A stretch of 64,000 nt of DNA from Truepera sp. (GCA_965218435.1 CBDCKW010000009.1:3808001-3872000); one strand, 5' to 3'. Shown: positions 1-9,510, counted from the first letter of the stretch. Translations and numbers: made by a program. Notes: generated by a model not told the origin, from the letters alone.

Positions 1-1002
1 CAGCTGCCAGAACCTCCAGGTGAACTCGGTGCCGCCTTGCTCGAGCACCGCAGGCTGCCACGCACCGCCGTCGATTTGTACTTTGACCTTCTGAATAGGC
101 GCGCCCCAAGCTGCGCCCATGATGCGGTACGAGCCGTTTTCGGTACGGGTGACCCTGGCAGGGGCAGATTTGAGCCGTGTGCGCCCGACCGAGGTTTCTT
201 TCCACACCTTTTCGCCGCCCTGCGACTCTTCACGAATCGTGACGTATTCGCGCGCCATAAAGTGTCCCATATAGCGTGTTGGCAGCACTTCGATACGCTC
301 CAACCACTTGACGTTGGCGATGCCGTACCAGCCCGGCGCGATCAGCCTTACCGGAAAACCGTTGGCTTGCGGCAGCGGTTCGCCGTTCATCTCGTAGACG
401 AGCAGGTTGTCTGGACTCAGCGCATCTTGAAGCGACATGCTGCGCGCAAAGTGCTGCGTCATGGGAATGTCGCGCACTTCGATATCACCCTTGTCACGTC
501 CGTAGAAAACGACTTCAATGCCGTCTTCTTGTACTCCGGCTTCCTCGAGCACCGTAGCGAGGGGCGTCCCGGTCCAGGTGGCGTTACCAATGCCGCCCTT
601 AAACCAGTCGAACCCGTTGTTGCCCGAACACTCGAGCGTAAAAACCGTTTCTTTACGTGGACGCGCCTTGAGTTCGTCTAAAGTCAAGGTGAGCGGATGC
701 TCAACTAGGCCGGACAGCTCGAGCGTCCAGTCTTCCGCCCGGATAACCGGCCTCTCAAAGTGCGCCACGTTAAAAAATTGGCTGTTAGGCGTAATCCAGG
801 AATCGAGTTTTTCCCAGTCGAGCAAGTTCTGCACCACGTCGGGCAGCGGAACTTCTCCAGGTCGATCAAGCCACGGGACGACCTTCTCACCGGGTCGGTT
901 TTGGAAAGCCTGGGCCACGCCGGGAAAGGAAAACATGCTCAGTCCTGCTAAGACCGCACTCCGCTGAAGTAGTTCTCTACGCGACATGTTCGGTTCAGCC
1001 AT
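1..1002 (-). CDS. Tat-exported sulfite oxidase family (SoxC/SorA-like) molybdopterin oxidoreductase; 3' end runs off the window
   Basis: Not in the ORF track; translated by hand from ATG 1002 (AGGAGG RBS): MAEPNMSRRELLQRSAVLAG (twin-Arg signal), TLECSGN (Mo-ligand Cys), GNATWTG, YEMNGEPLPQANGFPVRLIAPGWYGIANVKWL. Confidence 0.9.
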   Translation of the reverse strand, partial: MAEPNMSRRELLQRSAVLAGLSMFSFPGVAQAFQNRPGEKVVPWLDRPGEVPLPDVVQNLLDWEKLDSWITPNSQFFNVAHFERPVIRAEDWTLELSGLVEHPLTLTLDELKARPRKETVFTLECSGNNGFDWFKGGIGNATWTGTPLATVLEEAGVQEDGIEVVFYGRDKGDIEVRDIPMTQHFARSMSLQDALSPDNLLVYEMNGEPLPQANGFPVRLIAPGWYGIANVKWLERIEVLPTRYMGHFMAREYVTIREESQGGEKVWKETSVGRTRLKSAPARVTRTENGSYRIMGAAWGAPIQKVKVQIDGGAWQPAVLEQGGTEFTWRFWQL

Positions 1003-1100
1003 CGTCCTGCCTCCTTAAATCGGTATTACTTATGCACTGTGCCAACCTGCTATGACTCGAGCCTTAAATCTTGCCGAGTTTTTGCGGCATTACCCATAAC

Positions 1101-1562
1101 TCAGTTGCTCCCACCAGAAACCGCCCCGCCACTCGCCGAATTCTCCGGCACGCCTTCACTGGTATACATCAGGCGGTGAATCCGCCACTTTCCCTCCGTT
1201 TTTTTGAGAACCTGTAAAAAATTTCCTGCTGGATAGTCGCCTACCACGAAGGCGACGTCTCCGAGCAGCCACGCTTCTGAGACCGAACTCGAGGATTCGC
1301 TAAAGCCACCCTCGAAGCTCTCGCGCTGAAACTCCTGTATGGCCGCGCGACCCTCCAAATGCCCACCCTCGGCAAAGAGCTCGGCGTCTTCGGTAAAGAG
1401 TTGACCCATGGCAACTGCATCTTGCTGGCTCACGATGTCATTGAACTGTCCAACTACGCTTTTAGCAACCCTGAACGCCTCGGTATCCCCCTGAGCTAAA
1501 CCAAAACCGAAACACAGAGCGACTGAAGCGAAGATCAGCCGCGTGGAGCGTGGATATTTCAT
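1101..1562 (-). CDS. Secreted SnoaL-like/DUF4440 (NTF2-fold) protein
   Basis: Signal peptide ending GLA-Q; DAVAMGQLFTEDA...GRAAI...LKKTEGKWRI pattern. Confidence 0.75.
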   Translation of the reverse strand: MKYPRSTRLIFASVALCFGFGLAQGDTEAFRVAKSVVGQFNDIVSQQDAVAMGQLFTEDAELFAEGGHLEGRAAIQEFQRESFEGGFSESSSSVSEAWLLGDVAFVVGDYPAGNFLQVLKKTEGKWRIHRLMYTSEGVPENSASGGAVSGGSN

Positions 1563-1719
1563 GGTTTACCTTTCTGCACCTTGGTCAAATCGTGTCGTGT
1601 AATCTGCGGCGGATACCTGCCTTACCTGCCTTACCGTGAGGGTTTATTTCCAGTTGAGTCGTTCCTTTTTCACACCCGAAACTGCTGCTAACGGGCTGCG
1701 AAAAGTCTCTGCCGGATTC

Positions 1720-1753
1720 AGCTTGCACGAAAGAGCATGTCCGCTGCATGTCC
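1720..1753 (-). promoter_or_regulatory. Putative activator-dependent promoter (GGACA direct repeats with 11-bp period plus extended -10-like box)
   Basis: Minus strand reads GGACA tgcagc GGACA tgctctttc GTG CAAGCT; same spacing as the site at 2679-2723. Confidence 0.55.
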
Positions 1754-1827
1754 GGGCCGTGCTATAACGCGGACAAACGTCTTGGCACCTCGAGCGGAAA
1801 GAGGCCACCGCAACCTGTTGCAGACGA

Positions 1828-1860
1828 GGGTGCAGGGACGGGGTATCCGACCCTGCACCC
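1828..1860. terminator. GC-rich hairpin downstream of the small secreted-protein operon
   Basis: gggtgcaggg-13 nt-ccctgcaccc, perfect 10-bp stem; no clear U-tract. Confidence 0.45.
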
Positions 1861-1893
1861 CTGCTACCGAGTATTCTCAGCGGTAATTGCGTG

Positions 1894-2169
1894 TTACCTG
1901 TTCTGTTCGGTCAAGAAAGCGCGGTAATCGCGCTTGAGCTGTCTTACCTCGTTTGCTTCCGTAGCTGCCTTGGCGTGCCGCTGCGCGGTCATAAAGGCTC
2001 GGCGCTCTCGCCTAAGTCTTTGCTCCTCGCCCAAGCTCGTCCAGGAGCGTTGAACCGCTTCGTACTGTCGAAACATGATTTTCTCTTGTCGCATCTCCTC
2101 CCCAAAGGTCTGGGCGAAAGCCAGTAAACTCCACGAGAGCACCAGAATCGTAACGACCTGCTTTTTCAT
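1894..2169 (-). CDS. Small secreted hypothetical protein (91 aa, charged, probably helical)
   Basis: AAGGAGA RBS; signal MKKQVVTILVLSWSLLAFA-Q. Confidence 0.75.
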   Translation of the reverse strand: MKKQVVTILVLSWSLLAFAQTFGEEMRQEKIMFRQYEAVQRSWTSLGEEQRLRRERRAFMTAQRHAKAATEANEVRQLKRDYRAFLTEQNR

Positions 2170-2220
2170 TGTCTTCTCCTTTGCTACCGTTAAAGATTTG
2201 CTTGAACAGCTACCACCGCG

Positions 2221-2373
2221 CTACCTCGGTCCTCGAGGAGGACACGGTGCAGGTTTTGCATAGAAACAAATGATGGGTTTAGGTTGTGGGAGTTTTGGGA
2301 TGTCTAAAGCCACGTCCCAAGCAAATCCGGTACCGAGTAGCGCTGTACAGAAGATGACGCTAAACTTTCTCAT
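2221..2373 (-). CDS. Small secreted peptide (50 aa; ~32-aa Pro-rich mature part with two Cys)
   Basis: AAGGAGAG RBS before ATG 2373; MRKFSVIFCTALLGTGFA-WDVALDIPKLPQPKPIICFYAKPAPCPPRGPR. Confidence 0.65.
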   Translation of the reverse strand: MRKFSVIFCTALLGTGFAWDVALDIPKLPQPKPIICFYAKPAPCPPRGPR

Positions 2374-2404
2374 ACTGCTCTCCTTCCCCTGCCGTGAGTC
2401 AGCT

Positions 2405-2659
2405 TCAGTCAACTGTCACGCCGAGAGCTTCCAGGGCCGCTTTGAGCTGCTTCTCTCTCAACCTTGCGGCGTCCTCTTCGCTGACCGGTGTGGCGGCGGG
2501 TGTAGGGGAGACGAGCCGGACTTTTTGAGGTTGCCGCTCCGCCCCTCTCCACGCGCCGTAGTCAGGAAAGACGCTTGGGCTGGCGTCGCTGTAGGCAAAG
2601 ACCAGTGGGCCAGCGACCATCACCGACGCCCTAATTAAGGTTCTCAGTTTCTTGTTCAC
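2405..2659 (-). CDS. Small secreted hypothetical protein (84 aa)
   Basis: AAGGAGG RBS before GTG 2659; MNKKLRTLIRASVMVAGPLVFA-YSDASPS. Confidence 0.7.
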   Translation of the reverse strand: MNKKLRTLIRASVMVAGPLVFAYSDASPSVFPDYGAWRGAERQPQKVRLVSPTPAATPVSEEDAARLREKQLKAALEALGVTVD

Positions 2660-2678
2660 CGTTTCCTCCTTCAAAAAG

Positions 2679-2736
2679 AGGATGCACCGGGGCCTTTGTC
2701 CACGGCGTGCCCGAAGAGTGTCCGCTGTACTACAAT
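2679..2736. promoter_or_regulatory. Divergent promoter region with three 11-bp-spaced TG(T/C)CC repeats
   Basis: TGTCC 2697, TGCCC 2708, TGTCC 2719; minus-strand GTG-CATCCT -10-like box; plus-strand TACAAT (2731-2736) 6 nt before regulator ATG. Confidence 0.6.
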
Positions 2737-2742
2737 GTGGAC

Positions 2743-5727
2743 ATGCTGCTCCGCACGCTGGGAGGCCTCGAGCTGGTCTCGTCGTCGTTCGCGCGCTCCA
2801 AGCCCCTCTTGCTGCTCTCCTACCTGGCGCTCGAAGGTGCTAAGGAACGCCGCTACCTCGCCGAGCTGTTCTGGTGTGACGCGACCGACCCGCTCAACCG
2901 CCTCGCCGTGACGTTGGCGCGGTTGCGCAAAGCAGGCCCCGGCATCGTAGGTGTAAACCACACAAGGGTCTGGGCAAAGCTCTCTACAGACGCCCAAGTG
3001 CTTCTGGCGGCAGTTGAAGAGGGCCGGTATGAGGAGGCTGTCAAGCTTTACCGTGGCCCTTTTTTGGAAGGGGTCTACTTCAGGGATTGGGGGAGCGAAC
3101 TCGAGGAGTGGGTCTACGGTACCCGGGATTTTGTAGCGAGTCAGGTTAAGACGGCGCAGCTCGCGCTGGCGGAAACAGAAGCTGCGGAGGGAAGGTTCCG
3201 AGACGCCGCCAAGCGTGCCGAAGCTGCCTACTCGGTCGTAAAAACGGTGGGGCTCGAGCCGGGCGATATCCTCCGGCTCCACACCTTGCTGCTCGCCGGT
3301 GACAATCCGCGCACAGTGACGCTGCGAGAGGAGGCCGAAACGTTCGGCGTGGCGCTCCTAACCACGTCCGGCGAGGCTAAGGACGCCCTAAAACACGCCC
3401 ATGCTCCTGAGCTGCCAAACAACTTGCCCAGCCGCCGTAACAGTTTCGTCGGGCGTACCCATGAGGCAGCCCAACTTGCGGCTATGCTCGCCGACCCCGA
3501 GCAGCGGTTAATTACGGTCGTCGGCTCGGCGGGGGTTGGCAAAACGATTTTGGCGCTCGAGGCGGCGCGGCAGCAGTTGCGGTTGGGGAACTTCGCAGAC
3601 GGCGTTTACTTCGTTCCCTTAGACGCGCTGAGTAGCGCCTCGGCGATTCCGGGTAGGCTTGCGGTAGTACTCGGTGCGCCCGCGCAAGACAAAGCTTCAC
3701 CTCTCGTGCAAGTTGGGCGTTACCTCGGTGCCAAACACCTGCTGCTCGTCCTCGACAACTACGAGCATCTTTTAGACGGGGTGGGCGTCGTCACTGAGTT
3801 GTTAGAGGCTTGCCCGCAGCTCAGGCTGCTCGTGACCTCGAGGGAGACGCTAAACCTTCAAGAAGAGTGGCGTTTGACCCTTGAGGGTTTACCGTTTGTA
3901 GGCGAAGCCGACTCCCAACTCCCGCTTGACTGTGACGCTATCAATCTCTTTTGCCAGCGTGCGCGGCAAGTTCAGCCAGCTTTTACCCTGACGGCAGAAA
4001 ATGCGCCGGGTATCCGCGCCATCTGCCGCTTAGTCGAAGGTTTACCGCTCGGGCTCGAGTTAGCTGCCTCATGGGTCAGAGTTATGCCCTGCGCGGAGAT
4101 TGCCGCAGAGATCGCCAAAGACCTGGATTTTCTTTCGTCCAGCACACAAAACGTCGCCGAGCGGCACAAAAGCCTGCGCGCTGCTTTTGAACATTCGTGG
4201 CGGCTTCTGAACCCTAAAGAGCAGGAGGTGTTAAGAAAGCTCGCGGTCTTTCGTGGCGGCTTTACCAGAGATACGAGCGCGGCGGTGGCGGGAGCTACAA
4301 TTTCGGTGCTGGCGTCGCTCGTTGACAAGTCGCTGTTACGCGTAGGTGAAGGGAGCCGTTTCGACAGGCACCCGCTGCTCTACAGCTTCACTTTAGAGAA
4401 GCTGGCCGAGTACCCCAAGGAGAAGGCGGCGGTGGAAGCGAGACACGCTGCGGCCTTTAGCGACCTGGCGGAGCGTCTGGCGTTTGAAACTGAAGGTTCC
4501 CAACCAGGTCGGGCGTATACACGCCTCGAGGCAGAGCTTGAAAACTTCCGTGCTGCCTGGAACTGGGCTGTGGCGAACAAGAACGCTCCAACCTTTGACG
4601 CGTGCGGCAAGGCGCTCGGTCAATATCTTTTTAACCGGGGGCAGAGCGAGGAAGCCGTCACGCTGTGGACGTCAGCGCTAGCTGTTTTAGATGAGGCCGA
4701 CGTATCGCACCGCGAAACACGCGCCAACTTGATGGCATCTCTCAGCTATGAGTACGAGGGGCTGGGACGCTTGGACGAGGCTGAGGAACTTGCCGAGCGC
4801 GGTTTGGCCCTTCTGCGTCCACACCCTGGAGGACGTGAAACTATTTTCGGTATGTTTAACTGCCTGCTCACTCTGGCGGTTGTCGCCCAGCGGCGGGGAC
4901 AGTTTCGCCGAGCTATCGCCTTTCTACACGAACAGGAAGCGCTCGGCCTGTTCTACCTGGGGACGAACCTCTCTCAAGGACGGCACCTCAACAACTTGGG
5001 CCTCTTAGAGACAAGCGCGGGTGACTACCCGGCGGCTCGGATTTATCTGCAAAGAGCGCTCGAGCACAACCGTAAAGACAACAACGTGCGCGGCGTTGTT
5101 ACCTCACTCTTCTTGCTGGGCGACGCGCACTTTCACGCAGGCGAAGCTGAAACGGCGAGGCGCTACTACCGAGAGGCTGCCGTACTGGTGCGCCGGGAGG
5201 GGTTAGGTTGGGGAAACGATGACTTCGCGCTCGAGCACTTGGGCAAGGCCGCACTCGCGCTGGGCGACTTTGGAGAGGCGAAGAACGTCGCTTGTGAGTT
5301 GTTGGAGAAACACCCGTCACCTGACGCATTTCGTGGGGGAGCCTTGGAACTCTTGGGGCGCGTCGCTACCGCCCAGGGTCATTTTGACCAAGCTGCGCTT
5401 TATCTGAGGCAGGTCGCTCAACTATACTCGGAACACCGTGACGACCTCAACCTCGGTCAGCTGGATAGCCTCCAGGATGTCCTGCTTTCTTTTACCGAGC
5501 TGTGGGTCAAAGAGCGGCGTTATGGGCAGGCTGCTGCCGTACTGGGGTTCTTGCTCCGTCATCTGCATGAGGCTTATGCGCGGGCTCGGGCCGAGCAACT
5601 CCTAACTGCTGCTCGCCACGCCCTTTCGCCTGAAGAACTCGGTTCAGCCGCACATCAAGGTCAGGCGCTAAGTTTAGACATGGTGTGGGAATTTTTAACC
5701 GGAGCAGCGCCGATAGACCGTTGTTAG
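2743..5727 (+). CDS. AfsR/SARP-family regulator: winged helix/BTAD + STAND (NB-ARC-like) ATPase + TPR repeats
   Basis: LRTLGGLEL...LLLLSYLALEG...LAELFW N-terminus; FVGR, Walker A GSAGVGKT, Walker B LLVLDNYEH, GLPL, HPLL; C-terminal TPRs (LNNLGLL...A). Confidence 0.9.
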   Translation: MLLRTLGGLELVSSSFARSKPLLLLSYLALEGAKERRYLAELFWCDATDPLNRLAVTLARLRKAGPGIVGVNHTRVWAKLSTDAQVLLAAVEEGRYEEAVKLYRGPFLEGVYFRDWGSELEEWVYGTRDFVASQVKTAQLALAETEAAEGRFRDAAKRAEAAYSVVKTVGLEPGDILRLHTLLLAGDNPRTVTLREEAETFGVALLTTSGEAKDALKHAHAPELPNNLPSRRNSFVGRTHEAAQLAAMLADPEQRLITVVGSAGVGKTILALEAARQQLRLGNFADGVYFVPLDALSSASAIPGRLAVVLGAPAQDKASPLVQVGRYLGAKHLLLVLDNYEHLLDGVGVVTELLEACPQLRLLVTSRETLNLQEEWRLTLEGLPFVGEADSQLPLDCDAINLFCQRARQVQPAFTLTAENAPGIRAICRLVEGLPLGLELAASWVRVMPCAEIAAEIAKDLDFLSSSTQNVAERHKSLRAAFEHSWRLLNPKEQEVLRKLAVFRGGFTRDTSAAVAGATISVLASLVDKSLLRVGEGSRFDRHPLLYSFTLEKLAEYPKEKAAVEARHAAAFSDLAERLAFETEGSQPGRAYTRLEAELENFRAAWNWAVANKNAPTFDACGKALGQYLFNRGQSEEAVTLWTSALAVLDEADVSHRETRANLMASLSYEYEGLGRLDEAEELAERGLALLRPHPGGRETIFGMFNCLLTLAVVAQRRGQFRRAIAFLHEQEALGLFYLGTNLSQGRHLNNLGLLETSAGDYPAARIYLQRALEHNRKDNNVRGVVTSLFLLGDAHFHAGEAETARRYYREAAVLVRREGLGWGNDDFALEHLGKAALALGDFGEAKNVACELLEKHPSPDAFRGGALELLGRVATAQGHFDQAALYLRQVAQLYSEHRDDLNLGQLDSLQDVLLSFTELWVKERRYGQAAAVLGFLLRHLHEAYARARAEQLLTAARHALSPEELGSAAHQGQALSLDMVWEFLTGAAPIDRC

Positions 5728-6009
5728 ATAAGCTGGTACCCGGTTCAGATCGGTTCGTCGAGATGCCCGCCGACACTTACGCCCGGATGTTTGGAACCTA
5801 ATGTTTAGAACCCAAGCTTTAGAGCCTGTTATTTAAGTAGAAAAACTGAGCTTGCTAGCGAGAGCTAAGCCCTATGCCGACATGTAAACCCGTAAAGTTT
5901 GACGACACAGTGTAGTTTTAGACCCGGCCTGTACAATAGAGAGAACGTGAAACACTGCTATCTTCTTGCGGCAAGTGGTAAGAACGAGCAAGTATGGAGA
6001 GGAGCCGAG

Positions 6010-6894
6010 GTGCTAGACGTACCGGTTCGGGCCAAGCGCCCGACGAATAAACGCAAGACCAAGGTCGTGACGGTTGACGGAGCAAGTGTCAAACGCCGTA
6101 ACGACACGTTAGCGACTGAAGAACCGCTCGAGCTGCGCCTCTTAGCCGGGGGTGAGCGGCAAAACGTCACACAAAACGTTGCGGTGACGATGCGGACACC
6201 GGGGGCAGACTTTGAGTTAGCTGCCGGGTTTTTGTACGGTGAAGGCATCATCAAGAGTCGAGACGAGATTTTGCGGATTTCGTACTGCACCGACGCCGAG
6301 CAGCAGTACAACACCGTCAACGTCGCGCTGCGCGGGGCGATGCCGGAGGTGGGGCGGCTCGAGCGTCACTTCACCACCACCTCGGCGTGCGGCGTGTGCG
6401 GGAAGGCGAGTTTGGAGAGCTTAGAGCTGCAGGCTTGTCCACTGCCCGCGCCGACGTTTTCCGTCTCTCCAGAAGTCATCACCTCACTCCCGGACAAACT
6501 CCGAGCCGCGCAAGGTCTTTTTGACGCGACCGGCGGCCTCCACGCGGCGGCGCTGTTTACCAAAACGGGTGAACTCATTGCCTTACGTGAAGATGTCGGG
6601 CGGCACAATGCGCTCGATAAACTCATCGGTTGGGCGCTGTTAGAAGGTTTGTTACCGTTACGTGAGCATATCGTGCTGCTCAGCGGCCGTGCGAGTTTTG
6701 AACTGCTACAAAAGTCTTTGATGGCCGGAGTTCCGCTCGTCTGCGCCGTGTCTGCGCCGAGCAGTCTGGCGGTGTCGGTCGCCCGGAGTTTTAACCTGAC
6801 GCTGCTTGGGTTTTTGCGCGGTGAGCGGTTTAATATCTATAGTGGAGAAGCTAGAATTAAGCTTAGCGAAGTCGGCGCGCAACTCGCGCTCTAA
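6010..6894 (+). CDS. fdhD: Formate dehydrogenase accessory sulfurtransferase FdhD
   Basis: EEPLEL, TMRTPG, SACGVCGK, TGGLHAAA, EDVGRHNALDKLIG; GAGGAG RBS before GTG 6010. Confidence 0.95.
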   Translation: MLDVPVRAKRPTNKRKTKVVTVDGASVKRRNDTLATEEPLELRLLAGGERQNVTQNVAVTMRTPGADFELAAGFLYGEGIIKSRDEILRISYCTDAEQQYNTVNVALRGAMPEVGRLERHFTTTSACGVCGKASLESLELQACPLPAPTFSVSPEVITSLPDKLRAAQGLFDATGGLHAAALFTKTGELIALREDVGRHNALDKLIGWALLEGLLPLREHIVLLSGRASFELLQKSLMAGVPLVCAVSAPSSLAVSVARSFNLTLLGFLRGERFNIYSGEARIKLSEVGAQLAL

Positions 6895-6903
6895 AGGGGA
6901 ACT

Positions 6904-9432
6904 ATGGACGTAAAAGATGGTGACGTCAAAACCGAAGAAAACCAAAGCCACGCCGAAGCTCACGGTGAGCCCGACCACTACGAGGTCAAAAAAGACGTAG
7001 AACACGTGGCGAATGAGCAGCCTGACGGTAAAACGACCCGTGAAGAAGACGGCATTTTTGCTCAGCCCCCGCCCGAGTTTACCGGTCTTAAATTAGGAAA
7101 GCGCAAGACGACCGCTGCCGGATTGCCTGCCGTGATGTCAAGCATGGAGTACGCGCTGCGCGAAACCGGCCCGATTCGCGGCGCAAAACTGCTCCTAGAC
7201 ATGAACCAAAAAGACGGTTTCGACTGCACCTCGTGCGCGTGGCCCGACCCGGACGAAGAACGTTCGGTGGCTGAGTTTTGCGAAAACGGTGCAAAGGCTG
7301 TGTTAGACGAAGGCACCCGCCACCGCGTCACCCCCGAGTTTTTCAAGAAGCACTCGGTTGCTGAGCTTTCAGAACGTTCGGACTACTGGCTCAACCATCA
7401 GGGCCGCATCACCGAACCGCTGATTTTACGTGAAGGGGCGACCCATTACGAACCGATTGGTTGGACGGAAGCGTTTGCCAAACTGGGCGCAGCGTTGAAC
7501 GCCCTCTCATCACCTGATGAGGCAATCTTTTACACCTCCGGTCGAGCGAGCAACGAAGCGGCCTTTTTGTATCAACTTTTTGTCCGGCAGTACGGGACCA
7601 ACAATATGCCCGACTGCTCGAACATGTGTCACGAATCGTCCGGGACGGCGCTCTCCGAAACGCTCGGCCTCGGTAAAGGTTCGGTGACGTTGGAGGATTT
7701 CTACTACACCGACCTGTTTATCATCACCGGTCAAAACCCCGGTACCAACCACCCCCGGATGATGAGCGCCTTGGAGCGCGGCAAACGCAACGGCGCGAAA
7801 CTCATCGCCATCAATCCGCTGCCTGAAGCCGGGTTACTCAACTTCAAAAATCCGCAAGACTATCTGCACCCGACCCAAGCGTTGCGTCAAGAGACGCACT
7901 TAGCCGATCTCTTTGTCCCGGTACGCATCGGCGGTGATGTGCCGCTCCTCAAAGGCGTGATGAAAGAGCTTTTGGAAGAAGAAGACCGTCGCCCCGGCGA
8001 AGTCTTCGATCACACCTTTATCGAGCGAAACACCGAAGGTTTTGACGAATTTGTCAAAGATTTGCGTGCTGAAGACTGGGACACCATCGTCTTCGAGTCG
8101 GGGATTGGCCGGACGCAGCTCCGCGAAGTTGCCGAAATGGTCATGGCCTCGGAGCGCATCATCATCTGCTGGGCGATGGGCCTGACGCAGCACACGAACG
8201 CCGTCGGCAGCATTCAAGAGATCGTCAACTTGCTCCTCTTAAAAGGCAGCATTGGCAAACCCGGCGCGGGCACCTGCCCGGTACGCGGCCACTCGAACGT
8301 GCAGGGTGACCGGACGATGGGCGTTTGGGAACGGCCGCAAGAACCCTTTTTAGACGCGCTCCAAAAAGAGTTTAACTTCGACCCACCCCGCGAGCACGGT
8401 TACGACACGGTTGAAGCCATCAAAGCGATGCACGAGGGGAAAGCCAAGGTCTTTTTAGCACTCGGCGGCAACTTTTTGTCCGCCACGCCCGACACCGAAT
8501 ACACCGCTGAGGCGCTGCAAAACTGCACGCTGACCGCGCACATCTCAACGAAACTCAACCGGGCACACCTCGTTCACGGCAAAGAGGCGCTGATTTTACC
8601 GTGTTTAGGCCGCACTGAAGCCGACGAACAGGCGACCGGGCCGCAGTTCGTCACGGTCGAGAACTCGATGGGCGTCGTTCACGACTCGCAGGGGATACTG
8701 AAACCGGCTTCGGAGCACCTTAAAAGCGAAGTCGCGATCCTCGCCGGGGTTGCTAAAGCGACGTTAGGCGGACGTTCAAACGTCGCCTGGGACGCCATGA
8801 AAGACGATTACAACCGGATTCGGGAGCATATCTCTCACGTTATTCCAGGGTGCGAAAACTACTCGGAAAAAGTGCGCGGGGCCGGGTTTTACCTCCCCAA
8901 CGGCCCCCGCGAAGGTGTCTTTACCACCGACACCGAAAAAGCTAAGTTTACCGTCCATCCAATTCCCGAGCGGCCCTTGGAAGAGGACCAGTTCGTGATG
9001 ATGACGATTCGTACCCACGACCAGTTCAACACGGTCGTGTACGGCCTCGACGACCGCTACCGGGGCATCAAAAACGAACGCCGCGTCATCTTGATGAATC
9101 CTGAGGACATGGCTGAAGCGGGCATTGACGAAGGTGACGTGCTCGACTTGACCAGCCATTTTAACGGCGAGACACGCCTTGCCGAAAGGTTTATCGCGGT
9201 GCCGTACCCGATTCCAAACGGCTGCACCGCCACGTATTTTCCTGAAGGTAACGTCTTGGTGCCGATTGGCAGCGTGGCGGAAAAATCGAATACGCCGGTT
9301 TCTAAATACGTGGTGATTACGGTTGCACCGACGCAGTATCAGGGTAAGTTTGACCCGGCGTACCAGAAGGGTAAAAAAGCTGAAGAGACTAAAGAGCTCG
9401 AGCAGGGTCGCCCCGCGCCCGCTTACTCCTAA
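6904..9432 (+). CDS. FdhF/YdeP-family molybdopterin oxidoreductase
   Basis: GFDCTSCAWPD, EFCENGAKA, YTSGRASNEAA, DCSNMCHE, PVRGHSNVQG, RTHDQFNT. Confidence 0.92.
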   Translation: MDVKDGDVKTEENQSHAEAHGEPDHYEVKKDVEHVANEQPDGKTTREEDGIFAQPPPEFTGLKLGKRKTTAAGLPAVMSSMEYALRETGPIRGAKLLLDMNQKDGFDCTSCAWPDPDEERSVAEFCENGAKAVLDEGTRHRVTPEFFKKHSVAELSERSDYWLNHQGRITEPLILREGATHYEPIGWTEAFAKLGAALNALSSPDEAIFYTSGRASNEAAFLYQLFVRQYGTNNMPDCSNMCHESSGTALSETLGLGKGSVTLEDFYYTDLFIITGQNPGTNHPRMMSALERGKRNGAKLIAINPLPEAGLLNFKNPQDYLHPTQALRQETHLADLFVPVRIGGDVPLLKGVMKELLEEEDRRPGEVFDHTFIERNTEGFDEFVKDLRAEDWDTIVFESGIGRTQLREVAEMVMASERIIICWAMGLTQHTNAVGSIQEIVNLLLLKGSIGKPGAGTCPVRGHSNVQGDRTMGVWERPQEPFLDALQKEFNFDPPREHGYDTVEAIKAMHEGKAKVFLALGGNFLSATPDTEYTAEALQNCTLTAHISTKLNRAHLVHGKEALILPCLGRTEADEQATGPQFVTVENSMGVVHDSQGILKPASEHLKSEVAILAGVAKATLGGRSNVAWDAMKDDYNRIREHISHVIPGCENYSEKVRGAGFYLPNGPREGVFTTDTEKAKFTVHPIPERPLEEDQFVMMTIRTHDQFNTVVYGLDDRYRGIKNERRVILMNPEDMAEAGIDEGDVLDLTSHFNGETRLAERFIAVPYPIPNGCTATYFPEGNVLVPIGSVAEKSNTPVSKYVVITVAPTQYQGKFDPAYQKGKKAEETKELEQGRPAPAYS

Positions 9433-9457
9433 ACCGCGAATCTGAAACGGGTAAGCT

Positions 9458-9510
9458 AAACAGCAAAAGCCTGAACACAGTGCTTACACCATGTCAGGCT
9501 TTTGCTGTTT
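9458..9510 (+). terminator. Intrinsic terminator-like hairpin
   Basis: aaacagcaaaagcctga / tcaggcttttgctgttt, 17-bp inverted repeat. Confidence 0.6.

Noticed and set aside
37..967. Plus-strand ORFs 37-681 and 518-967
   Set aside because: Antisense shadows of the minus-strand sulfite oxidase-family gene.
2671..3282. 203-aa minus-strand ORF that seems to extend the peptide operon
   Set aside because: Antisense to the conserved N-terminus of the regulator and runs across the promoter repeats; no RBS or recognisable motif.
6904..9432. Possible selenocysteine formate dehydrogenase
   Set aside because: The frame is open with Cys in CSNMCHE; there is no in-frame TGA.
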